DNA of 57,251 nt from Octopus bimaculoides (taxonomy: Eukaryota), in contig NC_068982.1 in assembly GCF_001194135.2 (NCBI RefSeq), positions 166,994,159 to 167,051,409 on the forward strand. The letters run 5' to 3'. The notes beneath the pieces were generated by a model. That model had not been told where the DNA came from, searched no databases, and was given only the letters and a program-made list of their open reading frames with translations. Each line of letters opens with the position of its first letter. Position 1 is the first letter of the stretch. The translations under genes were made by a program, and so were the position numbers. Shown one piece after another: positions 11,247 to 25,300 of this stretch.

Positions 11247-14200
11247 ATAGGGATAGAGGAAGAGAAAAAATGGGCGGACAGGTAAGTACACTAGAGTGAA
11301 AAAAGTGCAACAGATGAATAGAGATGGGAATTGAGGTGGACACAGTAAATATCAGTTTAGGGGAGGGTAAGTGAAGAAAAGGAAATAAGAGTGGGTCAGT
11401 AATTCATATCTAACCACAATCAATAGCCAAGATACTTAACTCTCTAATGACTCAGTTTCCCACCAACTTATTAAACTAAGAATAGACAGTACAGTATAGG
11501 ATTAAAAAAAAACTGTCATCGTGGGAGCACTTTAAAATTGGCAATTGTTCATTAGTCCAATCTTGGAAAGAGGTGGGCTCAGCTAAAATGCCTTTTAACA
11601 ATAATTTATTCTCTGAATATTTCTACTCTTTTACATCAACAGGTGTACATTATTGTGCATTCAGTTATTGATTCTGCAATCACTACTTGGGCAAATATGG
11701 TGAAGTTTATGTTTCACTGACGAGGTTATGATAAGTTCAAAATATGTCCAGAGTTGTCTCCTATACTTGCCAAAAGAATCAAAATAATACTCAGTGACTA
11801 AAATATTTTTTTCTTCATTGCATAATTTTTTTCTGGTTAACTTCTTAATGCTTTGGCATTGAAAATGTTAACACTTTTTCGTTTACCACTCATGTTGGGA
11901 TGAGAAAAATCAAGCCCATTATCCTTTATTTATCAAAGTCCTCAAGACCGGAGGGAGGAAGGATGGAAGTCATCTTCAAACTGGAGACCTGACCTGAATA
12001 CTTACAACAAAGTGATCTCCATCAAAGGAAGCTAAAGACCAGATAGTTAAATCATATGACAGATTAAAGCTTATCTGAAATGCACTACACGAAGAGTTCT
12101 TCAGTGGTAGCTCTACATCCCAGTGAGTTGTGTGAGTCACCAACGATGTGTCTGAGTAAAAATTATAATGTTTAGTTACAGACCTGTGAGGGGGGAACGT
12201 TGGCTATGGCTCTCTCATAAACTTCCCGAATTTGTTCCATTTCTCCATCAGCTTCTAGAAGACGCAGGTAGTCAAACCAGGCATCATAGTTCATTGGATT
12301 TGCTTTTACTTCCTGCAAAATAAAGATAATTCATTTTTTATATTACACTATTTTATTAGATATTTATCTTATTAATGAACTGATCTAATAAAAAAATTTT
12401 TAGCTTAAATAATGAGCAATCATTATATAAGTTACTATACAATGTACCTAATTATTATAGAGTAATTTGCTTACATAGACAAATAGCAAGTCAATTATAC
12501 GACAGTGAATTTGTTAGACCCAATGTTAATCTGTTTATAATATGGATAGAAACAAAAATATTAAAACTAAATATGATAATATTGCTCTTAATAAATAAAA
12601 CCATCAATCATCATCGTCCTTTAATGTATGTTTTCTTTGCTAGCATGGGTTGAACGATTTGACTATAGCTGGCAAGGTAAGATGCTGAACCAGGTTCCAG
12701 TCTGATTTGGCTTGGTTTCTGTTGCTGGACGCCCTTCCTAGTGCCAACCACTGTATTGGGTGCTTTAACACACCATTGGCATGAACACTTTTACATAGCA
12801 CCAGCACAGGACTCTTAAAAAAAGATCTAACTACACATATGAGTTGACTATCTAAATATTTAAGATAAGTTGAATTATAACTTCTCAGACTACTAACCAC
12901 ATCCTTATGGCTGAATTTTCTTTTAATTTTTGCATCTACACGTTTCAAGCAGGTTAATCTCTTGTTTATACATGTATGGAAGTTAAATACACTATAGTGA
13001 TTTGATAATATCAAAAAATTATAATATAATAAATGAAAAGAAATTAAAATATTTTTTTAAAAACATTTCATTATTGTTGAAAAAAACTTTATGGAAAAAC
13101 TGTCTACACATGCAGAGTAACTAAACTGATATTCAAACATCTTATTATAGACTCAATAACATAATTCTCAGTAAGAGTATTTTCAAACATTCAATTCCAC
13201 TGAACTCACATAACAACAGTTTTAAGCTTAAAATTTTTAAAGTTTGTAATAAAACAAAAGTAAAAAAAAATTACACTTGGAGTCAAAATTTCAACTCTGT
13301 TCTGTGAAAAAAGGGAACTAACATATCAACACATAGACAATTTTATTTATAAAACATACTTAACTAATGATTCCAATATTATCACAGTAATTTGTAAACC
13401 CTGTGTGTATACCCTATTTCCCCAATTTTATTATCCATTCCTAAGCTAGAAATATATCACCCTACCTCTTCATACTGGAACCGCCTTTTGCTGACAATGA
13501 CATCTTCAATGGCTGTACGATCTCCATAGCGTTTCTCGTGCTTTGTATAATTCTTATATATTTCTGTACATTTCTCTTTTGGTAAACCATCTAAGGCAAA
13601 CTTATAAATTGATCGAGCTCGCTCATGCTGTAATAGATTTTATCAAATGTATACAAATAAAAATTATAGAAAAATAAGACAACTAGTATTTCATTTTGAA
13701 AAAACAAACACATAATAAACTTAAGCAAATTAATATAACCATATCTGTAAAAATTCCATTTTCAAAACTTTAAAATTGTTAGTTTACAAAGAACCATGAA
13801 ATACATATCTTTTGGAACAGAATTTTTTCTGAAACATTTGATTTTTTGGGTTGGAGTAAAATATTGAAAAAGCAGTCTAAGGAGAGAGTATCTATAAAAA
13901 CTACGTTTTTGTTATACACTAGTCATCTCTTCAACCTAAGGGCCATATAAACAATCTTAACTCTGGAAAGAAATCAAACACATAACCTTTAATTATCTTT
14001 CATATTATTCTGCTATACTACAACTATGCTGGTAAAACACCAAAAAATTGTAATAAGCTATACTACATCCTCATAGTATGACTAAACTTAAACCCACAGT
14101 CCCGTTGAAGGAAGTATAGTATCAGCCCAACTGAACTGTAGATTCTAAAAGATAATATCAGTAATACAGACATGGTTATGGTGTGAAAAAAACTTCATTG

Positions 14201-17200
14201 AGTAACCACATGGTTTGAGACTCAGCCCCAAAATGTAGAACCTTGGGCAAGTGTCTTTTACTACAGCCTCATGCTGAGCAATGCCTTGTGAGTGAAATTT
14301 AGTAGATTATTAGACAAAATGTCTTTTGATATTTAGTTATATCTCTTTAATTTCTGAGTTTAAATCATATTATGGTTGACTTTACTTTTCATTCCTTCAG
14401 AAATCAATAAAATTGGTAACATTAATATAAGGGAATTCAGTCAATGATACCTTTTCCTTAACTTGATGTTAGATAATGCTGCTCATAAAATGAATAACAA
14501 CTAGTAATCTTGAATCCCGTATAAAGTTTTGGTCTTGTGTTCAAGCCAGAAATTATAACATAGCAGAATTTATAGAGTACCAGATAGAATGCATTATATT
14601 TAGTTGTGTTGCTTTATATTCTGTGTCCAAATCCTGCCATAGTTTTCTTTGCTTTCTATCCTTCTGAGGCCAATAAAATATGCACCAGTCATTAGTGATG
14701 ATTAAGTGAACAACATACCTCTCCTATAATTTGTGACAATATAAAGAAAACATGACATCAAAAATTAAAGCTGTTTTCACTAAATGTTTTAAATTAATTT
14801 TCTTAGATTTAGTTATTTTTGTCTGTCCTTTTTCTTCAGATAATTTGGAAGAATCATGAAAGTAATGTATAAAAGAAAAATTCTATTCCTCTTGTTGCAA
14901 CTTTGGGTTTGAATTTACAACTTTTACTCCTGAAGTAAGATTTTAACACTCTTATCCAGCTTGCTGCAGTGTAGAACATATATGAACTAAAAATAAATCA
15001 AATACACCAAAGAACCAAAACCACCTGAAGCAATAAGTCATCAGGAAACATACAGATGGGTAAAGAAAAAAAATGACACAGACAGCACTAATGAAACTCA
15101 AATATAAGTTTAAAATAAACAATACAATTTAGACCTACCTCTTTTTGACCTTCTTCAAATTTGGCAAAAGCTATTAGCAAAGTTTCATCCATATTATCCT
15201 CTCCAAAGAACTCTACAGCCCGTTCATACACTTTCCGTGCACTGTTGATATAGTTGTTCTTCTCCTCAAAGCGTGCATATTTGATCCAGTTCTTTACTTC
15301 AGGATGGACATATACAAGTGATTTAAGTCAAGGAAAGAGGCCAGAGACTTGAATTAAATGCAACATTTGCTAACCTCACTGATGATACACTAATATAAAT
15401 CAATCAAACTATCAAGTTCAATTTTTTTATATTGTTACCTATGCTTTGCTCCAATTTATAACTTCTGCTATATACACCATATTTTTGACTGAATATTTTA
15501 TTTTTCAGTGTCAGTGCATATGTGTTGTAATTTACACTATACATTTTGGGAAGAAAACCTGGAATTTCCCTACTCCCTTCATAAGACCAACTTTAAGTCT
15601 GCTGTGAATGTGACGTTGGCATTATTGATAACAATGATCTGCATTGGACAAACAAAATCTCTAAAAATCATCAAGAAGGCTGAAAGTGCCTAAGCATCCC
15701 TCAATAAGACCTTTGATAGTCATTCACTAACTATTTATTTAAAGCTATATATATTTGTGGTACATTCACACTTAGTTTGCAACTCCAGTCTGGAGCTTCC
15801 TTTTTGTCCAAAATACTATCTACTGGAATACTCTCCATCAGTAATTTATGTCATACTTCTCTGGATATCAGCACATTAAAGCATCACCATCAAGCAGCTG
15901 ACATGAAAAAAGCCCAAAAGATTCTCCACTGTCATTCCAATAACTTTAGCCATCATTTTGAATTCAATATCTCTACCACTCATGGATGGACATGCTTATA
16001 AAATCTAAAAGCAGTGCGGCACTAATGACTTATGGAAGCATTTTGTATGCTCAAAATTGTTGAAGCATGAAATAAACCACTTGCATTGATAGTTAGCTCT
16101 TAGGACACTGTAACCTTCAAACATTCCATGCTCCCAAAATTCACCAACATATCTAACATGCCCTCTTAACGACACTTTTACAGTTCTCTTTTCTGTCTTT
16201 CTATTTTATCCTGTGTTGTACTATACATGTATTTTCAATATCACTGCTGTCTTCCTTTACTTCATTTATTGCTGCATTCTGCCCAACCTTTCAACCCTTC
16301 TTCAATGAGTTGCAGTGTCTGAGCACAATATAATGCAGTAAGCTCATTACTGATCAAAAAATGTATACAGTGTTTTGAACAAAATACCCTTTGAGCAAAA
16401 GTATTTGCACTGCATTTTGATCACTAACTTCTCCAACAGGTAACAGGTGTTTTTATACACACAGGCCATATGAAAAAAAACTATGGAAGATGAATTTTTT
16501 TGCTGCTTTTTCTAAGTAAATGTAAAATCCAAATACATCCCCAAATTTAGTGTCTTGTTGCACTAAGCTCCCAGTCCTACCAATATTCATGGGTCCAAAC
16601 CTCTGTGTTATGCCTCTACATGGTGCAAATTATTCTGCTTGCCTTATTGCCAATACCTATTAGTCCTTCACAACAGTAAAGTAAAAAGGGCATCTAGCAG
16701 TAAAATCACCTATTTTCAACATGGTACTGGATTCAAACCCTACATGGACCATTGTGCTTTCTATCTATTGCTCTTGACAATCATGTTTTGCTCAAACAAC
16801 AGTACTAAAACCATATCTACTTTATTGTGTTAAAAAAGAAACAACTCGGATGTAAAAAGAAAAAAATATTGTCACATGCAAACAAAAAAAGTTTCAAGAA
16901 TTTTCCAAAACATGATAAAATGAATACATGAGAAAATGGTGGGGAGCAAAAACTGGTACAAAAAATTGTAAATAAACGAAAATAAAAACGTCATAGAACA
17001 AAGAAAGGATATATCGTTCATAAATTGCACGTGCACGGTTTATTTCTTTATAGCGCAGTTCAAAGTTGATGTAAGAGTGCCAGGCTTGCTCTTCAGGATG
17101 CCACTCCATCCAACGCTCAAATACCTGTCGACTACCTGAAGAGATAATAAAATTCAAATAGTGACAATGAAACAGGAAAAAGAAAAATAATATCAAATAC

Positions 17201-19345
17201 AATTACAAAATATAACATAGAAATGGTAATAAATTATGCTCTTGTGTGGGTGGCACATAAAATACACCATTTTGAGTGTGGCCGTTGCCAGTACCGCCTG
17301 ACTGGCCTTCGTGCGGGTGACACGTAAAAGCACCCACTACACTCTCTGAGTGGTTGGTGTTAGGAAGGGCATCCAGCTGTAAAAACTCTGCCAAATTAGA
17401 TTGGAGGCTGGTGTTGCCATCCGGTTTCACCAGTCCTCAGTCAAATCGTCCAACCCATGCTAGCATGGAAAGCGGACGTTAAACGATGATGATGATGAAC
17501 AATGACAATGAGGTTGATGTCATTGTTTTGCGTTGTCTGTCAGAGTTCCTAATTTACATTTGATATCCAATTGATGTATGCCTCACCTGCTTCATGGATT
17601 GTTCTATATCTCTCCAAGGATTATAATCACAAAAATGTTCCATTGCCAATTTCAACATCAACATATGTAAAGCCTCCATCGGTCAATGTTGATCAATTAT
17701 GGGCACATATATGTGCAAGCCTGGGCAAGATTTTTTTTTGGAAAACAAGCAGTTGGCTATGCATGCAAGTTTTGGATCTATTTTAAAACGGGGGCCACAT
17801 TTTTCATTAATGTTTTACGTAGTGTTTTTGGTACCGAAAGACTTTCAAACTTCGTATACTTATCTATTTTGTGTTATAGAACAGAAAAATATTTTTGTAT
17901 TCGAATTTATTTCATGTAAAAAATTGTCTTATTTCAATAATTTCAACCAATCACTGACAAGTATTCAGTTGTTTACATTTACTCCTTTGGCTGATTAAGC
18001 GATGTAAAGCGTATTTAATCTCCATACCTTCGTTTTATTTGCTTTTTTCATTTTAAATTTGCTTTAACCCTAACCCTAACCCTACGGTTAGGGTTAGGGT
18101 TAATTGTTTCAGAATCGTTTGTTTATGTAGTCAGCAGTTAATGTATATCGGCTGAATGGACGTCAGTGATTGGTTGAAATTACAGAAATACGACAACTTT
18201 AACATGGAATAACTTATGGATTTCTTTTTTTTTAAAGAAGACTAAGAGAAAAAGATGTTTTATATGACACATTCTACCAGTGTTCCAAGTTTCAAAGTGT
18301 TTCGTTAATGAAAAATGTGGCCCCCGTTTTAAAAAAGATCCCAAGTTTTCCCTTCACTATGCCACTGATGTTTAGCCAAGAAAAAGGCAACCAGCTTGGA
18401 ACAATATAGCTTGACACCAGTTTTATCACATGTTGTTTGTTAGAACACAATGAACTAAAACACATCTACAAAGCATCTCACTCATACTTCTGACAGCTAT
18501 ACTAATCCACTATCCTGGATTGGTACTTTATCATCAACCCTGAAAGGATGAAAGGCAAAGTTGGTCTTGGTGGTATTTGAGCTCAAAGCACAGAGAACTG
18601 GAACAAATTCTATCTATGACTCCAATGATTCTACCAATCTGCCATTATAAACAAAAACACAGACATCACTCTTGAATATTTTCAGACTATGAATGCTTCA
18701 GTTGATGCACGTTAGCTAACCAATGTTCTCCAAAAGTACAAAGCTATTAAAGGTGCCTATCAGATGCTCTTGCTCATCCCCAACAGCACAGGCCTGTGAT
18801 GGACCATCACTTTTGACATCATTTTATCAAGTGAGATGTTATATACATCATCGTCATCACTATTTTCCATGCTGGCATGGGTTGGACAATTCAACAAGAG
18901 ACAGCGTCTGCTTTGGCAAGGTTTCTATGACTAGATACCCTTCCTAACACCAGCCACTTTACAGAGTGTACTGGGAGTCTTTCATGTGGTACCAGCAGTG
19001 GTGGGGTCACCAAATAACATGCAAAACAAGACCCCTGAACTGAGGGATGTAGTATTGAGGGAGGTTTATGTATGCCTATGTTGAAACTTAATCATACACA
19101 ACCTTCTCTCTCTCTCTCACACACACACACTCAAAAGTCATACAGCATTAATATTCACACAACAGAATAGGACATCACTATGTAATCGAAACGTATTTAC
19201 CTGGTATATTATCCAGCATTTCCTCCATGTATGTGTATTTGTACCAGAATTGGTTCGCTCGAGGTAAGATAGTGATGGCACGGTCCCAGATGTTTCTAGC
19301 ATGATTGATTTGGCGATTTCTGAAAATTAATTTTTAAAAAAAAAC

Positions 19346-19385
<40 letters not shown>

Positions 19386-22300
19386 TCTGTCAACTGAAGC
19401 ATAACTTCAATAATTGATAAATGTAAGTTGGTAAAGTACATTAAAAAATTGAAAAACATTATAAGCATTATAAGTATTGTTTTTAGGATTCTAGTTTATT
19501 TCAGACAATAAGGCAGACTGTATGACGCATGCGTACGAACAGCCATGCTACATGACAGTGAAACATGAGCTGTAACTGCTGAGGACATACGTAAGCTCGC
19601 AAGGAATGAAGCCAGTATGCTCCGTTGGATGTGTAATGTCAATGTGAATACCCGTCAGAGTGTAAGTATCTTGAGAGAAAAGCTGAACATTAGAAGCATC
19701 AGTTGTGGTGTGCAAGAGAGACGATTGCGCTGGTATGGACATGTGGTGAGAATGGATGAGGATAGCTGCCTGAAAAAGTGCCACACCCTAACAGTTGAGG
19801 GAACCCGTGGAAGAGGTAGGCCCAGGAAGACCTGGGCTGAGGTGGTGAGGCAAGACCTTCATACATTGGGCNNNNNNNNNNNNNNNNNNNNNNNNNNNNN
19901 NNNNNNNNNNNNNNNNNNNNNNNNNNNNNNNNNNNNNNNNNNNNNNNNNNNNNNNNNNNNNNNNNNNNNNNNNNNNNNNNNNNNNNNNNNNNNNNNNNNN
20001 NNNNNNNNNNNNNNNNNNNNNNNNNNNNNNNNNNNNNNNNNNNNNNNNNNNNNNNNNNNNNNNNNNNNNNNNNNNNNNNNNNNNNNTCGAGCGTGGCCAT
20101 TGCCAGTATCGCCTGACTGGCCTTCGTGCAGGTGACACGTAAAAGCACCTACTACACTCTCTGAGTGGTTGGCGTTAGGAAGGGCATCCAGCTGTAGAAA
20201 CTCTGCCAAATTTAGATTGGAGCCTGGTGTTGCCATCCGGTTTCACCAGTCCTCAGTCAAATCGTCCAACCCATGCTAGCATGGAAAGCGGACGTTAAAC
20301 GATGATGATGATGATGATGATGATTCCTGGAATATGCAGAACCAATTTCTCACAGGTATGTACTGGCAGCATGGATGATTAATGATTAAACTATAAATCC
20401 TAAAGGCACAAGAAAACATTTACTAACAGACATTAAATTTTAAAAAACCCATGAGCTAATATCATCTTAGCTACTTGGCTATTTTGCATTTGAAAATATA
20501 TAATCAAATGGCATAAATATTTAAAATAATGAACACTTACTTCATTTCCATTTCAGCATATTTTAACCAAACTGTGATGTTTCTGTGGTTCACATCTAAA
20601 GCTCGTTCCCACACAGACCGTGCTCTGCAGAAATAAAGAAAATCAAAATGTAGGATATATCTTCCATAATTCCAATGATTTGCTGCTGTATCTGAACTTT
20701 TTTATTAATACTGCTAATAAACTATATACATTTATCAGCAATTAAATTATAACACAATGATTTCTAAGTCAATGTAAAGTAAATATGTAATATATAACAT
20801 CAAGACTGACAGTTTATTATTTTATCTTTCTAAACATTAATAAATGACTTTAACTATATACTTGTAATGTAGGTGTTTAAACTAGCTGTAATAATTACAA
20901 GTTGTTTTTTACTACTTTATATTATTATTTTTTCCCCCATTTTGGGCATAAAGAGGATCTTATTAATTTAACTTGCTGTTATATATGAAAACACATAAAA
21001 ACTTATCAAAGATTTCTGAGAGATTAACGATTGAAAATAGGAGTACAGTAAATAATGTTATACCTTATAAGCACCAATTTGAAGCTAAACAGAGCAACAG
21101 GCCCACAGACAGGGCTGAATATTCAGTGTCTACTTTTTGTCAAATGCCTTCATAAACAATTAGACTACAGAGTGCTTACCACACCATTTTCTCAAATTAG
21201 GCTCTATGAATATTTTCTTCTGCTATAATAATCAATAACAGAATCACCTAGCAAGAGATAGACATGTGGTTCAAACCCAGCCAGAGAGCCTTTTCCACTT
21301 TTTGCCTCAAGTTAGTGATATCGTTTATATTAAAATCTAAGTTAATCCAGAGAGTATAGCAGTTGGTGGGCATACATTAACTACTATACTCTTTATTTTC
21401 ATCCTCAATATGGAAGGAAAATAAAGTATAACATAAATCAAACAAACAGAAACCTTTGAATTTCTTTTTGTGATTCTTCCCATTGGGCATACTTAATCCA
21501 GTTGCTCATCACAGTTCGATTTTTGCGGATATTGTCTTCATATGCCTGAAAGGAAGAATGAAAAGATCAAATTTAACACCCCAGCAACATACAATATTCA
21601 AATGGAGAAAATGGCATTTTTTTTTTTTTACAATGATGGGAAAGATTAAAAAAATTGACACAGAAACATTGATTTGTATCTTACATTCAAGGCCTAAAAG
21701 AAAATATAATATTTATATATGTACTGGTGCAACAATAAAATGCACCCAATACATTCTATAAAGTGACTGATGTTAGGAAGGGCATCTAGCCGAAATGTAT
21801 AAATGAAACACAATGCTTTGATACATCTTGGAAAGCATTAACTCCACATAAGAACCGACTCGATAAGTGATGAAACATCTAATCCATTCTAGCATGAAAA
21901 GTGGACATAAAATAATGATGATAGTAACAAAATACTAGATGCAGGTACTTCACCATTCTGATCCAAGTTCAAATCAAATCAAGATCAACTTTGCCTTTGA
22001 ATTCTCCAGGGACAATGAAATAAGAACTATTTATTGTACTGGGATTGGTTCAACTGAGTATATCCAATTCCAACAAAAATATTGGCCTCATACCTAATCA
22101 AAGGAAATCAGATTCATATTCAGACAATTTCTAAGAATTTAACACACCATCCAGTCCATTAAGCAAACCCATAATAGTGAGACATTTTAACCACTAGACA
22201 ATGAACTATCACCGCACACACATTATATGTGAAGTACCATACAGTTTCTATCTACAAATTCATTCACAAGGCAATATAGGGCTAAACTAAAACACACTTG

Positions 22301-25300
22301 CCCAAGGTGTCATGCAGTGAGCCTGAACCTAAAACCAGGTGTTTGCAAAGTGAACTTCTTAATCACACAGGCATAAGTAGTAAATGAAGTGAAATGTCTT
22401 GATCAAGAATAAACTCTGTGTCATATACTTAATGCCTTGTGATGAGAGATTAAGGGATTTCATACATTTGCAAACGTAAAAGTTTATCAATTTTAACTTA
22501 CCTTCCTTTTCTTGAGTCTATAATCTGCCAATTCCTCTGGATCTGAAATTTTCTGCTTGGGAGGCTACAAAAAGGATATATTTAGTTAAAATCACTATTT
22601 ACTGGGAAATGTGAAAATATTATAAAGAATATGGGAAGAGATTTATTTCTCAAATATAACAGCCAAAGTAGGTAACTTCGACATTGTATCTAAGATTTTC
22701 TTTGTTGGTCTGATTGAAAACAAAATAATATATTATACAAACGATATATCAGACCCCTCGTGAACTATACTAGTACAAGCTGACCTCATAATATCTCCAC
22801 AACAAACCACAAGCAGTTACAAAAAAACACAAAATAATACACTTCTCCAATATTCTGATTGTCAATCAGCATCTCATACAAACCACTCTTCTTGAAGTAC
22901 ATCAAGTTGGATACATGGTAGATCCAAAATCCTGAATGTGTGGATGTCAAACTCAGTATCTGACACCTAGCTAAATGACATAGGTCTATTCAAGCAGGGT
23001 TAATAGAAGCTACACAAGTTGACAACAGATCAGATAAGGAACATAGATTTTTGAAAGAGAACTTAAGTCATATTTAATGATTAGACTTATACTAAGGAAG
23101 CAGCTAATCATAAGATACTAATCCATTTAATCTATGATCCAGCATCTGGTTAGTTAACTGACACTTTTTTTTTTTGTACAGTAAACTTATAGTCTTAGAA
23201 ATTAGTGTAATTTGCATTTGAAGGTAATGAAACATTTGTCAATTATGCAGTGCTGTCACTGCTTATATTGATGCCATCTTGACCTGCATTTTCCTCATGT
23301 AACAAAGTAAATTGAGCAATTATCAATTGAATCTATAGACTCAATGTCATATCGAAGACAAGAAATAAATCAATGGGTTGTTGAGAAATTCTTTTTAGAT
23401 TCAGCCAAATGCAGTTCTTCTCAACTAACAGAAGGAAACTAATAAACAGTAAATACTTTGGCAGTGGTGAGATTGAACACCATTAACAGATGAAAGTAAA
23501 ACTTAGTAAAACAGAGTAAAATAAATTCATGTAGATAACTTACTGGTGGTACCAATTCCAACTCTCGCTCCTTTGCTTCACGCAACAGCTGTTCTGCAGT
23601 AATCTGCACTGGAGCTGGCATCTTGTTTTTAACCTGAAATATAACCAAATGAATATTAGACATATACCAGAATATCCTAGAACCACCTTTACAAGCTATG
23701 TAGATGATACAAAAGTCTCACAGGAAATAGAAAACCCAGAAGATGACATGCATCTGCAAAAAGAGTTAGATGTAATATACAAGTGGACTGACAATAATAA
23801 TATGCAGTTTAATGCTGGAAAGTTCCAAGCCCTAGGTTATCAGCAGACAAGGTTAAATGCTATGCAGACAAAAGACACTGAATTTTGAGGGATCACAGTT
23901 CCAGAATCACAATTAGTGTGTGACCTGAGCATTGACATGAGTAATGATGTAGCCTTTCATTTGCATATTACTAAGTTGGCAATGAAATACAGGCGGCTGA
24001 CCAGATGGATTCTTAGAACTTTCAAAACAAGAGGGTAAAAAAACCATGATGGTCGTCTGAAGGGCATTTGTCCTAAGTCATCTTGACTTTTGTTCCCAAC
24101 TATGGTCACACACAATGTGAAATTAATAGAGGAACTTGAAGTGGTCCAGTGAAGCTAAATGACAAAAATAGCTTCAATACAGCAAATTAGCTACTGGGAA
24201 AGACTTGTGACGCTAAGACTTTACTCTCTGGAATGAATGCAAGAAAGATATGCTGCAAAATACATCTGGAAGAGCTTGCCCTTAACCTTCGTGCTGAAAA
24301 TTATACAAATGCCAGAACAGGGCACCATTGCATAGTGCCTAAAATCCCTCCGCTGCCCCAAAAATACAGAAACAGATACTGCAATAGTTTGGGATACAAA
24401 GGTCAATAGCTCTTCTATATCCTCCTGTAGGAGCTCAAAGACCTACATGGTGTGGATGTATAAACTAAACTGGATCTCCAAATGTCAAAATCCCAGATGA
24501 ACCAACTTCACAGAAAGAAGCAGGAATGAGGGCAGCAGCAACAAACTCCCTTATTCACCAAATGCCAACTATTAAAGGAGGATTAATGAAGGTGTAGCAA
24601 CACCAGTTGGCAATGTATGAGCACAGACACAGACCTTAAGCTGAAAGTAGAAAAAAAGAAAAATGTTGTTAGATAGCTGTTTGTTGGCACTCCGTCGGTT
24701 ACGACGACGAGGGTTCCAGTTGATCCAATCAACGGAACAGCCTGCTCGTGAAATTAACGTGCAAGTGGCTGAGCACTCCACAGACACGTGTACCCTTAAC
24801 GTAGTTCTCGGGGAGATTCAGCGTGACACAGTGTGACAAGGTTGGCCCTTTGAAATACAGGTACAACAGAAACAGGAAGAAAGAGTGAGAGAAAGTTGTG
24901 GTGAAAGAGTACAGCAGGGTTCGCCACCATCCCCTGCCAGGGCCTCATGGAGCTTTAGGTGTTTCCGTTCAATAAACACTCACAACGCCCGGTCTGGGAA
25001 TCGAAACCGCGACCCTATGACCGCGAGTCCGCTGCCCTAACCACTGGACCATTGCGCATCCACTGTTAGATAGCAATCATTATCAAATGCTACATCAATT
25101 TACATTCTACTGCTTTTATAAACACATTTCAAATTCATCATTTTCTACAGTAAATCTTTGACCTCAATTCATCTTTACTCTCCATTTATCCACTACTTCT
25201 AACTCACTCGCTTCTTTACTAATCATACTAGCATATCCCATCTTTTAAATACCCATATTAAACACTTTGCTTAATCAATGCAATGAAGCAGCCTCTACAT

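Noticed and set aside
11717-11748. CUGACGA...UCAAAA UAUGUC, hammerhead-like
   Set aside because: GAAA reads AAAA, and stems I and II do not pair convincingly. At best a dead relic.
14049-14119. Minus-strand hairpin (CUAUACU/AGUAUAG) followed by ACA, as an H/ACA snoRNA
   Set aside because: Pocket-to-ACA spacing does not fit the 14-15 nt rule, and no H box or second hairpin was found.
16894-17012. ORF read-through after CRNKL1 exon 7 (YERYILSLF...)
   Set aside because: Homology stops at YER; the continuation is the U12 intron 5' end.
18064-18103. Telomeric repeats as a chromosome-fusion scar or telomerase-RNA template
   Set aside because: Only about three units per side, centred inside a TIR/TSD-bounded element.
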